The notes below the pieces were generated by a model. That model saw only the letters and a list, made by a program, of their open reading frames with translations, was not told the origin of the DNA and searched no databases. Shown here piece by piece: positions 33,713 through 43,652 of a stretch of DNA of 64,000 nucleotides. The DNA is from an uncultured Gammaproteobacteria bacterium (lineage in GTDB: Bacteria; Patescibacteriota; Microgenomatia; Daviesbacterales; UBA10151): contig CAZDFU010000003.1 in assembly GCA_964504985.1 (NCBI GenBank), forward strand, positions 822 to 64,821, read 5' to 3'. The number at the start of each line of letters is the position of its first letter. Within the stretch, counting starts at the first letter, position 1. The translations under genes were made by a program, and so were the position numbers.

Positions 33713-33795
33713 TCCGGAGGGAAGGATTCGCACCTTCGCAGGGAAAACCCGGTAGATTTACAGTCTACTGCAATTGACTACTCTGCCACCTCCGG
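33713..33795 (-). tRNA. tRNA-Tyr (GTA), C1:G72, long variable arm
   Basis: CCGGAGG/CCTCCGG acceptor stem, GTAGA-CTGTAAA-TCTAC anticodon arm, GAAGG-TGCGAAT-CCTTC T arm. Confidence 0.93.
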
Positions 33796-33850
33796 TATGC
33801 CTTATTATATCTTAGGCAAATTGATTGGACAACTTTTAAAATATACTTCT

Positions 33851-34046
33851 GCGGACTGTAAGTCCTTGAAGATCCCGGTTGTAACCGGGGATCCGCGATA
33901 AACTTTGTTCATCGGGACTGTAATTAAATTAAAATTTCCCTAGGTGCCTGCTCGCCTCGCTCGACGCGAGTCGAAGCGGGCCTAATCCACCCCCCAGGTG
34001 AACAAAGATAGCCCTATATACTCCTGATGTTTGGGTATCTTCAAGG
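33851..34046 (+). ncRNA. Candidate structured ncRNA (rod with central bubble, 6S-like)
   Basis: CCTTGAAGAT/ATCTTCAAGG and CTTTGTTCA/TGAACAAAG long-range pairings; TATACT at 33842. Confidence 0.4.
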
Positions 34047-34174
34047 CGCCAAACAGCTGTTGATTTAGTTAGGAATCCTTCCATGAAAGTTTTTAAAACT
34101 GTAGCCTCAAAAATCCCCAATAGAGCACTGCAGGCAATCGCTTGAACATTAAAAAACTGTTATAATCCCTTAAT

Positions 34175-36730
34175 ATGACCCATGGTTCATGGAAAGCAAG
34201 AAGAGAGCACCAGAGGCTTTGGAGATTTAAATTTCTTTCCAATCTTTCTACTTTCATGCTGGTTCTTGTGATAGGCTTTCTCCTGCTTCTTTTTGGTACT
34301 GTAGTATTCTTTGCAACTCAAATCCCCTCCCCCCAGGATTTAACTAACAGGTCTGTTGCCTCCTCCACCAAAATTTATGACAGGTCAGGTGAACTTTTAT
34401 ATGATATTTATGCAGACCAAAACAGAACCCCTATAAAACTTTCAGATATTCCAGACCATGTTAAAAAAGCCACCATCTCAATTGAAGATAAAGATTTTTA
34501 TAAACATTCAGGCTTTTCTATTGCAGGCATAGCGAGGTCTTTGTTTGAGCTGGTAGTTCACCGCCGGGTGGAAGGCGGGTCTACCCTGACTCAACAATTG
34601 ATTAAGAATGCCCTGCTTTCAGGGGAAAGGACATTAACCCGGAAATTAAAAGAGTTTATTCTGGCTATCCAGGTTGAAAGAGCCTATTCCAAAGACCAGA
34701 TTTTGGAGATGTATTTGAATGAAATCCCTTATGGTGGCACAGCCTATGGTATAGAAGCAGCATCTAACCTATATTTTGGGAAATCAGCCAAAGATCTTGA
34801 TTTAGCAGAAGCAGCTCTTTTAGCAGGTTTACCACAGCGTCCTTCTGTTTATTCTCCTTATGGAACAAGGCCTGAGTTATCCAGATCCAGGCAAAAAGAA
34901 GTTTTAAGAAGAATGGTTGAAGATGACTATATTACAGAGGCCCAGGCTAAGCAGGCTCAGCAACAGCAGTTAACTTACCGTACCAGCCAGACTGAAAAAG
35001 GTTTTAAAGCTCCTCATTTTGTTTTGTATGTGAAAGAAAAGCTGATAGAACAATTTGGAGATAAGATGGTGGAACAAGGAGGCTTAAGAGTTACTACTAC
35101 CCTGGATTATAAATTGCAACAGGCAGCAGAAGAGATAGTTAAAAAAGAAGTTGAGAATTTAGCCTCTGCCAAAGTTGGTAATGGTGCAGCCGTTGTTATG
35201 AACACTAAAACAGGGGAGATTTTATCTATGATAGGCAGCAAAGACTATTTTGGAGCTTCTCTGCCCGAAGGGTGTACTGAGGGAGATTCCTGTATTTTTG
35301 AGCCAAATGTTAATGTGGCAATCCGCGAAAGACAACCTGGTTCTGCTACCAAGCCTATCAATTATGCCAAGGCTTTGGAAAAGGGTTATACAGCAAGCTA
35401 TGTTTATATGGATGTTAAAACAGAATTTCCAGGCGGTGATAGGCCAAGTTATATACCGGTAAACTATGATGTGCAATTTCATGGACCAGTTCAGATGCGT
35501 TTTGCCCTGGCTAATTCCTATAATATCCCTGCTGTTAAAAACTTAGCTTTAGTTGGGGTAAAAGATGTTTTGGAATTAGGTTACAGGATGGGAGTAACTA
35601 CCTGGGAACCTTCTGAGGAGAATGTTAATTCAGTTGGATTAAGCCTGACTTTGGGAGGAAGAGAGGTCAGGCTTCTGGATTTAACAACTGCTTTTGGGGT
35701 TATGGCCAATAAAGGACGCCAAATTGACCCTATTTCTATTTTGAAAGTTACTGATTCAAAGGGTAAGAATTTGTTTGAATATCACCAGTCTGAGGGACGG
35801 AGGATCCTGGATGAAGGAATTACCTTTATTATTTCTGATATCCTTTCAGATAATGGAGCAAGAACTGCTGCTTTTGGTTCTAACTCTGTTTTAAATATCC
35901 CCGGAAAAGTAGTGGCAGTGAAAACAGGTACAACAGATGAGAAAAGGGATAATTGGACAGTGGGATTTACCCCTTCTGTGGTGGTAGGGGTTTGGGTGGG
36001 AAATAATGATAATTCTGTAATGAGCCCTGCTGTTTCCTCAGGGGTAACAGGCGCTTCCCCTATCTGGAATAAGATTATGAGGGAGGTTTTGAAAGATAAA
36101 CCCAATGAGTCATTTGAGAAACCTTCTAATGTGAATCAAATGGAAATAGATGGTTTAATGGGTGGCAAGCCACATGGAGGATCTCCAGCTAGAAAAGAAT
36201 ATTATATTTCAGGCACAGAACCAAAGGGTGAAGCTCCTGCTTATCAGAGAGGTAAAGTTTGTAAAAATAATCCTCATAGATTAGCAAATGATGGTGAGGA
36301 TGCTGATGAGAAAGATGTGATAGTCCTAAAAGAAAATGATCCAACAGGGGCTAATAAATGGCAAAAAGGTATTGATGATTGGGTTTTAACTGCAGCTGAT
36401 GGCAGGTTAGTTGGGGCTTCCAAAGGTTGTTCTGGAGTTCCTGGGTTCACAGCTGGAAGTGGAGGGGTTATTGAAATTGTTAATATCCCCAATGGGGCTA
36501 ATGTGCCTAGAGTGTTTGATGTTTTAGCCAAAGCCAATTCCCCTGCAGGAGTAAAAAAGGTTGTCTGGCAAATAGATGGAAGCAATAAATCTACTCAAAC
36601 TTCTGAGCCATTTGCCCTGCATGTAGAATTTCCTGAAGGAGACAAGGGCTCCCATACTATTTCAGTTACTTTAGAAGATAACAATGGAGCCTCACATTCC
36701 ACCACAATAGGTGTTTCTCTCAACCTCTAG
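34175..36730 (+). CDS. Class A penicillin-binding protein (PBP1A) with C-terminal Ig-like domain
   Basis: EDKDFYKH, GGSTLTQQLIKN, RKLKE, SATK (SxxK), SYN, KTGT. Confidence 0.95.
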   Translation: MTHGSWKARREHQRLWRFKFLSNLSTFMLVLVIGFLLLLFGTVVFFATQIPSPQDLTNRSVASSTKIYDRSGELLYDIYADQNRTPIKLSDIPDHVKKATISIEDKDFYKHSGFSIAGIARSLFELVVHRRVEGGSTLTQQLIKNALLSGERTLTRKLKEFILAIQVERAYSKDQILEMYLNEIPYGGTAYGIEAASNLYFGKSAKDLDLAEAALLAGLPQRPSVYSPYGTRPELSRSRQKEVLRRMVEDDYITEAQAKQAQQQQLTYRTSQTEKGFKAPHFVLYVKEKLIEQFGDKMVEQGGLRVTTTLDYKLQQAAEEIVKKEVENLASAKVGNGAAVVMNTKTGEILSMIGSKDYFGASLPEGCTEGDSCIFEPNVNVAIRERQPGSATKPINYAKALEKGYTASYVYMDVKTEFPGGDRPSYIPVNYDVQFHGPVQMRFALANSYNIPAVKNLALVGVKDVLELGYRMGVTTWEPSEENVNSVGLSLTLGGREVRLLDLTTAFGVMANKGRQIDPISILKVTDSKGKNLFEYHQSEGRRILDEGITFIISDILSDNGARTAAFGSNSVLNIPGKVVAVKTGTTDEKRDNWTVGFTPSVVVGVWVGNNDNSVMSPAVSSGVTGASPIWNKIMREVLKDKPNESFEKPSNVNQMEIDGLMGGKPHGGSPARKEYYISGTEPKGEAPAYQRGKVCKNNPHRLANDGEDADEKDVIVLKENDPTGANKWQKGIDDWVLTAADGRLVGASKGCSGVPGFTAGSGGVIEIVNIPNGANVPRVFDVLAKANSPAGVKKVVWQIDGSNKSTQTSEPFALHVEFPEGDKGSHTISVTLEDNNGASHSTTIGVSLNL

Positions 36731-36804
36731 ATTTGTAAAATATCTCATAGTATGTTATAATTACCTCTAAGCGGACCCTAATTTAGGGCCTGTATTTTTT
36801 TACT

Positions 36805-37458
36805 ATGATATATCAAACAGTAGCTAAAATTTCTACAGTTGCTTTATTTACTTTAACTCAGTTTAACACCCTTCCTGCCACACCAGAACAGGTATTATCT
36901 TCTCATGAGATATCTTTGGAGAACAGGTATCCTGTAAAATCAGTCAGTGATATTTTCCGTGATAATATCTTGCTGAATTTAGCTTATATGGATGGTAAGG
37001 TTAAAGGGAAAAAAGATATTAACTGGGACGAGATTAAAAAGCCTTTCACTTATCAATTTAGGCTGGAGCCTAATAAAACCTTTGCCTTTCATGAAGATGT
37101 TTCAGATGAGTATAAAGATAAAGTAACTAAAACCACACAGGCTCATTTTAATGCTGAAGAAGGATTTAAAACAGATGGGTATTTATTTGGTGATGGAGTA
37201 TGCCACTTAGCCTCCTTAATATATTGGACAGCCAAAGATGCCAATTTGGATATTAAAGCTCCAACAAACCATGATTTTATGGCTATCCCTGAAATTTCTA
37301 AAGAAAATGGAGTATCTATTTATAGCAACCCCTACTCCAATGGTTCAAATACCCAGCAGAATTTATATGTTACTAATAATAAAACTAAAGTTATTACCTT
37401 TAAATTTGAATATAATGGGGAAAAATTAAAAGCTTCTGTTATAGAAGAAAAGCAATAA
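36805..37458 (+). CDS. VanW-like family protein
   Basis: GDGVCHLASLIY, NLYVTNN. Confidence 0.7.
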   Translation: MIYQTVAKISTVALFTLTQFNTLPATPEQVLSSHEISLENRYPVKSVSDIFRDNILLNLAYMDGKVKGKKDINWDEIKKPFTYQFRLEPNKTFAFHEDVSDEYKDKVTKTTQAHFNAEEGFKTDGYLFGDGVCHLASLIYWTAKDANLDIKAPTNHDFMAIPEISKENGVSIYSNPYSNGSNTQQNLYVTNNKTKVITFKFEYNGEKLKASVIEEKQ

Positions 37459-39123
37459 TTAGGTTTCCAAATCAACTTCCATTACTGCCGCCCTTTTTTC
37501 TATCCCTAATTTATTTAAAATTCTTAAATGAACTTCAGCCAAGTGCCCAATTTGTTTTCCATTTTTTTCTAACCTTAAAATCCTTTTAGGGTGAAAAAGT
37601 TCAGTTTGAACCATGCCTCCACCCCCGAGGTGTAAGCTCAAAGTTTTAGCAATATTGGCCAGTTCCTCTATTGGGTTGTCTGTATTATTCATTAAAGCAA
37701 TAGACAAATGATATTTTTCTATTGGTTGTTCCTGCTTTTTTGAGTAAGTTTTCCCTATTTCAAATATCCCAATATCTTTATATCCTTGTCTTATATTTTT
37801 TCCAACTATTTCTACCAGATTAGGCCAAAGATTATCTCTTAAATATTCCGTTTCCTTAGAAATAGGATTAGATATTTTAATTAAGTCCTTTTTATCCTTT
37901 GTTAAACTGGTTAAAATATCAGTAGAATAATATGCATATGTTTGAACCTCAGTCAGCCCTGCCTCATATAGAGCCTGTTTAAGGTTCTGTATAAGCCTAA
38001 AAAAGGGGTTTTGGCGGTGGTCTGGTATATTCACCTCAGCAGGATGTTTGGAGGGGATTTTTTCATATCCATACATTCTGGCTACTTCTTCAATTACATC
38101 TTCCTCGATGTTTATATCCAATCTCCACAGCGGTACTGTAACTTCCCAATTGAGGTTCCCGCTTGACGGGTGGGAAACCATTTTAAAGCCTAAGGATTCT
38201 AAAGAGGATTTTACAATTTGCTCAGGTATTTCTATCCCAATTAAGGAATTAACTTTTTCTTGATTTAAAACAATAGTTTTAGGTTTGTCTTCAAGATTAC
38301 CTGTTAAAGTAAGAGCTGTTAATTTTCCGCCCAGACTTTCATACATCTTTATTGCAGCAGAAAGCGATTGGAGCAAATTTGTTTTTGTTAAGCCATGCTG
38401 GAATCTTTTGGATGCTTCTGAATAAAGTCCCAGCCTTTGGCTGGTTTTTCTTAAGGATATTGGGTCAAAAATAGCTGCTTCCAAAAAAATAGAGGTGGTA
38501 GTCTCTGAAACTTCACTCATTTTTCCTCCCATCACTCCGGCAATTCCAATCGGACCTTTTTCATCTGTAATTAATAAATCGTTTTCAGAAAGCTCCCTGA
38601 TTTTATTATCCAGTGTGGTAATCTTTTCCCCATCTCTAGCAACCCTTACTACTACAGCCCCTTGTACTTTTTCAGCATCAAAAGCATGCATAGGCTGTCC
38701 AAATTCCAGCATACATAAATTAGTTATATCTGCCACATTACTGATAGATCTTATTCCGCAAGACTGAAGTTTTTCATTCCATTCAGAAGGAGAAGGGTTA
38801 ACTTTTAGTTTTTCTATTTTTGCCAGGCAGTATACCGGTGCTAAAGCAGCATCTTCTACTTCAACTGCCACTTCTGAAAGGGTGGGAATTTGCCACTTTT
38901 CCATTGTAAAGTTGACAGGAGAATTTGTAACGGCTGAAATTTCTTTTGCTGCTCCTCTCATAGATAAAAGATCAGCCCGGTTGTAGCCTTTCATATCCAG
39001 TTCAAAATAATCTCTAGAAACTTCTTTTAAGCCAATAGTGCGGAGGGGTAAAAGCCTGATAAGTTCCTCAACAGAAACCTTTAAATCCACCAATTCTTTT
39101 AACCAGTTAATACTTATTTTCAT
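37459..39123 (-). CDS. pheT: Phenylalanine--tRNA ligase beta subunit (short form)
   Basis: MKISINWLKE, NRADLLS, GQPMHAFD, GIAGVMGG, WRLDINIEEDVIEEVARMYGY. Confidence 0.95.
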   Translation of the reverse strand: MKISINWLKELVDLKVSVEELIRLLPLRTIGLKEVSRDYFELDMKGYNRADLLSMRGAAKEISAVTNSPVNFTMEKWQIPTLSEVAVEVEDAALAPVYCLAKIEKLKVNPSPSEWNEKLQSCGIRSISNVADITNLCMLEFGQPMHAFDAEKVQGAVVVRVARDGEKITTLDNKIRELSENDLLITDEKGPIGIAGVMGGKMSEVSETTTSIFLEAAIFDPISLRKTSQRLGLYSEASKRFQHGLTKTNLLQSLSAAIKMYESLGGKLTALTLTGNLEDKPKTIVLNQEKVNSLIGIEIPEQIVKSSLESLGFKMVSHPSSGNLNWEVTVPLWRLDINIEEDVIEEVARMYGYEKIPSKHPAEVNIPDHRQNPFFRLIQNLKQALYEAGLTEVQTYAYYSTDILTSLTKDKKDLIKISNPISKETEYLRDNLWPNLVEIVGKNIRQGYKDIGIFEIGKTYSKKQEQPIEKYHLSIALMNNTDNPIEELANIAKTLSLHLGGGGMVQTELFHPKRILRLEKNGKQIGHLAEVHLRILNKLGIEKRAAVMEVDLET

Positions 39124-40166
39124 ATTTTTTGCAGGAACCTTAAGTCCCCACTTTTAAACGCACGGATATCTTCTACTCCATATTTGAGCATAGCCATTCT
39201 TTCAGGCCCGGCTCCCCAGGCAATACCAGAATAAACATTGGGATCAATTCCACCATTTTTTAATACAGCAGGGTGAATCATGCCAGCTCCAGCCAGTTCC
39301 AGCCATCCCATTCCTCCACAAACCTTACAGCCCTTACCTTTACAAAAGATGCAAAGCCCATCAACCCCTGCTCCTGGTTCTACAAAAGGGTAATATTTTG
39401 GCCTAAGCCTGGCTTTAATATCCTTACCCAGAATTCCTTGGAAAAAGTACTCAGACAAATATTGTAAATTAGCCATACTGACCCCTTTATCTATATATAT
39501 AATTTCAAACTGATCAAGGGTATGTTCATGCCTGGCATCAACAGCCTCATACCTGAAGCAGCGGTCAATGATCATCATCCTGATTGGAGGTTTAAACTCC
39601 TTCATAATTCTTATCTGAGCATTTGAGGTATGAGTTCTAAGAAGAAGTTCCCCGGGGGTAGATTTAAGGTTGGAAGTATCTATATAAAGTGTATCCCAAA
39701 GGTCTCTGGCAGGGTGGCCTTTGGGAATGTTCAACAGCTCAAAATTATATTCTTCACTGTCTATATGAGGGGCATCATACAAACTAAAACCTAATTTAGC
39801 AAACAACTTAACAATTTCATTTTCCAGCTTGGTAACAGGGTGCAGGTGGCCTTCTCTTTTTTTAGCCTGCAACCTCGAAGGTTGCAGCACAAATGTTTCA
39901 TTTTCCAGCTTTTTATAGCTTTCTTCCCTCAGATCCAGGCGCCCTTTTTCTATGGCTTGTTCCAGCTCTGCTTTGGTTTTATTAAAAAGCGGACCGATTT
40001 TTTTCTTTTCATCAGAGGAGAGTTTGAAAAACTGTTTTGGTAAAAGTGTTATTTCACCTTTTTTTCCAAAAAGCTCCAGAAAAATTTTATCAAGGTCTTT
40101 TAAAGATTTGGCTTGACGGATTTTTTCCAGGACCCCTTTTCCTATTTGCGAAATTTTATCTTCCAT
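39120..40166 (-). CDS. pheS: Phenylalanine--tRNA ligase alpha subunit
   Basis: GHLHP, HPARDLWDT, LLRTHTS, YYPFVEP, GWLELAGAGMIHP. Confidence 0.97.
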   Translation of the reverse strand: MEDKISQIGKGVLEKIRQAKSLKDLDKIFLELFGKKGEITLLPKQFFKLSSDEKKKIGPLFNKTKAELEQAIEKGRLDLREESYKKLENETFVLQPSRLQAKKREGHLHPVTKLENEIVKLFAKLGFSLYDAPHIDSEEYNFELLNIPKGHPARDLWDTLYIDTSNLKSTPGELLLRTHTSNAQIRIMKEFKPPIRMMIIDRCFRYEAVDARHEHTLDQFEIIYIDKGVSMANLQYLSEYFFQGILGKDIKARLRPKYYPFVEPGAGVDGLCIFCKGKGCKVCGGMGWLELAGAGMIHPAVLKNGGIDPNVYSGIAWGAGPERMAMLKYGVEDIRAFKSGDLRFLQKI

Positions 40167-40261
40167 ATTGCTTGATTCTAATATATACTTCCGTGGTTTG
40201 TAAGTCCAGGTTTTCTGCTAGTGATTACAATTTTAAAGGAGTTGGGCAAGCCTAAAGAGTA

Positions 40262-40498
40262 TTATTGTATATCTTTAGACTCAATAATAAGCGGTAATCC
40301 TTTTTCTTCAGCCATTTGTCTGGCAGTTTGTAGGAATTCTCCAATTGTTTGTACTTTTTCTGGCCGGGATAAATTCTTAGGGTCTGGTACTATTTCTGTC
40401 CGTATGATTTGATCTACAGTTAAGTTAGCAAAGGGTGGGTTATTGGGGTCTGCGATAACTCTTAAGATGTTAATTATCTTTGATTCTATGTGAGACAT
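40262..40498 (-). CDS. Hypothetical protein
   Basis: 78 aa ORF immediately downstream of rplT. Confidence 0.55.
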   Translation of the reverse strand: MSHIESKIINILRVIADPNNPPFANLTVDQIIRTEIVPDPKNLSRPEKVQTIGEFLQTARQMAEEKGLPLIIESKDIQ

Positions 40499-40502
40499 AG
40501 AT

Positions 40503-40850
40503 TTATGTTTTAACCTGGCTAATTATTTGTTTGAAGTCTTCGCTATGATTTACTGCTAGTTCTGCCAGGATCTTGCGATCCAGTTTTATGTTATGAGTCT
40601 TTAGTCCAGAGATAAATTTGGAATAGCTTAAACCTTCTGCCCTTACTGCATTACCTAGTTGAATAATCCAAAGCCTTCTCATATCCCTTTTTCTATTTTT
40701 TCTGCCTGCAAAAGCATATTCTCCAGCATGAAGCAAAGCTGATTTTGCTTCTTTGACCAGCTTGCCTCTGCCACCTCTGAAGCCTTTGGTTAATTTATGT
40801 AATTTTTTATGTCTTCTGTGACTTGTTAGGCCCCTTTTAACTCTTGCCAT
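40503..40850 (-). CDS. rplT: 50S ribosomal protein L20
   Basis: MARVKRG, RKRDMRRLWI, LDRKILAELA. Confidence 0.98.
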   Translation of the reverse strand: MARVKRGLTSHRRHKKLHKLTKGFRGGRGKLVKEAKSALLHAGEYAFAGRKNRKRDMRRLWIIQLGNAVRAEGLSYSKFISGLKTHNIKLDRKILAELAVNHSEDFKQIISQVKT

Positions 40851-41001
40851 TGTAATATCCTCCTTTTTTGAAGAAGCTAATTATTTTCCCAAAATATCCT
40901 GATCTGTTAAATCCAGAATAGTTTCTGGGAATAGAATTGCCTTTTTTTGAATTTCCATTTTGCCTAAAATTTCTAGTTTCTCTGCCCATTTTTATAGATC
41001 C

Positions 41002-41199
41002 TTACGCAGGGATTACCTTTCTAAATCTTTTAGCTTCACCTTTAAAGTATTCCACAGTCTTCCTGTGGTTTTTTAAAGCACCCTTACTTTTATTCCTTTT
41101 TAAGTGACCTGCACCTAATTGATGCCTTCTTAAAATTTTACCCTTTGAGGTAATTTTTACTCTTTTTAATATTGATTTATTAGTTTTCTGTTTTGGCAT
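41002..41199 (-). CDS. rpmI: 50S ribosomal protein L35 (start corrected to ATG at 41199)
   Basis: MPKQKTNKSILKRVKITSKGKI; GGAGG upstream. Confidence 0.95.
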   Translation of the reverse strand: MPKQKTNKSILKRVKITSKGKILRRHQLGAGHLKRNKSKGALKNHRKTVEYFKGEAKRFRKVIPA

Positions 41200-41722
41200 C
41201 TTCTTTATTTCCTCCCTTACTTCTTCCAACAATCATTGATAATTTTCTTCCCTCCATTTTAGGGTCCCTGTCTATTGCTACTTTATCCCCCAGTAATGCT
41301 AAGGCCTCCTGTAAAACTTTATAGCCTAATTCCTGGTGAGCCATTTCCCTGCCTTTAAACTTCACTGTCAGCTTGACCTTATACCCTTTTTTTAAAAACT
41401 CTTCTGTCCTAGTTAATCTAACCTTTAAGTCATGCTCATCTATCCTGGGAGAAAGCCATAGTTCTTTAAGCGCTCCTTCTCCGCTGCCTTTTTTAGACCC
41501 TCTTTCTTTTTTATTTTCATCGTATCTGAACTTTTGGAAATTGGCAATTTTGGCAACTGGTGGATTTGCATTTGAGGCAATTTCTATCAAATCCATCTCC
41601 ATCTGTTTTGCTTTTTCCAGGGCATCTACCCTGCTTAAAACTCCCAATTGTTCTCCTTTAGAGTCTATAACTCTTAAATTTGGAGCCTGGATATGTTCGT
41701 TAATACGGTAAAATTTGGCCAA
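41180..41722 (-). CDS. infC: Translation initiation factor IF-3 (non-ATG start)
   Basis: RINEHI, NPPVAKI, IDEHDL, KFKGREM. Confidence 0.97.
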   Translation of the reverse strand: MAKFYRINEHIQAPNLRVIDSKGEQLGVLSRVDALEKAKQMEMDLIEIASNANPPVAKIANFQKFRYDENKKERGSKKGSGEGALKELWLSPRIDEHDLKVRLTRTEEFLKKGYKVKLTVKFKGREMAHQELGYKVLQEALALLGDKVAIDRDPKMEGRKLSMIVGRSKGGNKEDAKTEN

Positions 41723-41825
41723 GTATAAACAAAAACCCCTCCTTAGGTTTCAAAAAATTTTAACACAACTTTGATTTAGATTCAATGGTTGGACTAATAA
41801 CTGTTTAGTATTTCCTGCTAAACTG

Positions 41826-43610
41826 TCATTTTTTTTGTTCAATCTCCTGATTAATTTTCTCTAAGAATTCTAAAACCGGCATTGCTCCTAAATCTTTCCC
41901 GTCTCTTGTCCTGACAGCTGCTTGTTTTCCTTCTTTCTCCCTGTCTCCTGCAATTAACATATAAGGGATTTTTTGCATTTGAGCATCTCTTATTTTAGAT
42001 TGCATTTTTTCAGCCCTTGAGTCTATCTCAACTCTGATATTTGAATCTTTAAGTTGTTCGAGTACATTTTGTGCATATTCAATGTGACGGTCTGCAATGG
42101 GTATAATTTTTACCTGAACTGGTGCAAGCCATGTTGGAAAAGCTCCACCTGTATGTTCAATATAAACAGACAAAAATCTTTCAATAGACCCCAGCAGAGC
42201 AAAATGAATCATAACAGGAGTTTGTTCAATGCCTTTTTCATCAACATACTTTAAACCAAATCTTTTAGGTTGGACAAAATCCAATTGTGGAGTGGCCAAC
42301 TGCCATTCCCTGCCTAAGGCATCTGTTACCATAAAATCAATTTTAGGCCCATAAAATGCAGCCTCACCCTCTGCTGCAAAATAATCCAATTCATTTTCTT
42401 TAGCTACCTCCAAAAGGATCTGTTGAGCCCTGTCCCAATTCTCAGCTTCCCCTAAGTATTTTTCTGAGTTGTTAGGGTCTTTAAAAGAAAGCCTGGCTTT
42501 AAACCTCATTCCTAAAGCACCATAAAATTCTTTCACCACATCAATTAAGAGTTGATAAATTTCTTTAACTTGACCAATTGTGCAAAAAGTGTGACTGTCA
42601 TCCTGAGTTGCTGATCTGACTCTTGAGAGTCCGATTAATTCTCCTGCTTTTTCATCCCTATAAATGGTTGTTGTTTCCATATATTTAATTGGTAAATCTT
42701 TATAGCTTTTTTGAGATGAAGCATAAATTTGTTGGTGGTGTGGGCAGTTCATAGGTTTTAAAACCATCTGATCTTCTGTTTCCTGACTCTTAACCAAAAA
42801 TAATTCATCTCCAAATTTATCCCAGTGGCCGGAGGTTTTATAAAGATCTGTTTTAGCAATATGAGGAGTCCAAACTTTTTGAAAGCCCCTTTTAAGCCTT
42901 AACTCCTGTGAGAAGTTATTTAATAATTCTCTGAGTAAAGTTCCTTTTGGAGTAAATAATGGTAAACCCTTACCAACTAAATCTGAAAAAGTAAAAAGGT
43001 CTAATTCCCTCCCTAATTTTCTATGGTCTCTTTTTTTGGCTTCTTCCTGCATTTTAAGGTACTCATCTAATTCTTGTTGATTTGGAAAAGATGTCCCATA
43101 AATTCTGGTAAGCATTTTAGCCTTAGCGCGGTCAGCGTCTGAGGTTAGGCTCTGCTTATTTTTCTCCGAACCTCTCCAATATGCTCCAGCAATATGGGTT
43201 AATTTAAACGCACTGATATCTTTAGAAGGATTTTCACTATGCCCTCCACGGCAGAGATCTTCAAATCCGCCTGATTTATATAAAGTAATAGGTTCACTCT
43301 TTTTTATGATTTCCCCAATAAGCTCTAATTTATAAGGGTTATTTTTATAGATTTCTTTGGCTTCATCTGCAGAAACTTCCCTTTTTTCAAATTTAATCCA
43401 GGAGGGCAAAAGTTTTTTCATGACTTCTTCAATTTTTGGCAAATCCTCTTCAGAAATAGTTTGGTCACCAAAATCAAAATCATAGTAGAAACCATTCTCA
43501 ATAGCAGGTCCAATTGTGGGTTTGGCATCTGGCCAAAGTTGTTTCACAGCTGCTGCAAGTAAATGAGCACAAGAGTGCCTTATGTTATTTAACATGTCTT
43601 TATTTTCCAT
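41826..43610 (-). CDS. thrS: Threonine--tRNA ligase
   Basis: RHSCAHLL, DLCRGGH, RDHRKLG, KPMNCPHH, AAFYGPKIDF. Confidence 0.98.
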   Translation of the reverse strand: MENKDMLNNIRHSCAHLLAAAVKQLWPDAKPTIGPAIENGFYYDFDFGDQTISEEDLPKIEEVMKKLLPSWIKFEKREVSADEAKEIYKNNPYKLELIGEIIKKSEPITLYKSGGFEDLCRGGHSENPSKDISAFKLTHIAGAYWRGSEKNKQSLTSDADRAKAKMLTRIYGTSFPNQQELDEYLKMQEEAKKRDHRKLGRELDLFTFSDLVGKGLPLFTPKGTLLRELLNNFSQELRLKRGFQKVWTPHIAKTDLYKTSGHWDKFGDELFLVKSQETEDQMVLKPMNCPHHQQIYASSQKSYKDLPIKYMETTTIYRDEKAGELIGLSRVRSATQDDSHTFCTIGQVKEIYQLLIDVVKEFYGALGMRFKARLSFKDPNNSEKYLGEAENWDRAQQILLEVAKENELDYFAAEGEAAFYGPKIDFMVTDALGREWQLATPQLDFVQPKRFGLKYVDEKGIEQTPVMIHFALLGSIERFLSVYIEHTGGAFPTWLAPVQVKIIPIADRHIEYAQNVLEQLKDSNIRVEIDSRAEKMQSKIRDAQMQKIPYMLIAGDREKEGKQAAVRTRDGKDLGAMPVLEFLEKINQEIEQKK

Positions 43611-43652
43611 GGCTTCAATATAACAGAAATACCCTTATTTTGAATAGTCTCA

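Noticed and set aside
33698-34120. ORFs of 67 aa (+) and 63 aa (-)
   Set aside because: They overlap tRNA-Tyr, repeats and the structured-RNA candidate, and show no protein-like motif.
40167-40261. Phe-rich leader or T-box upstream of pheS
   Set aside because: No Phe-codon leader ORF, terminator or T-box motif found.
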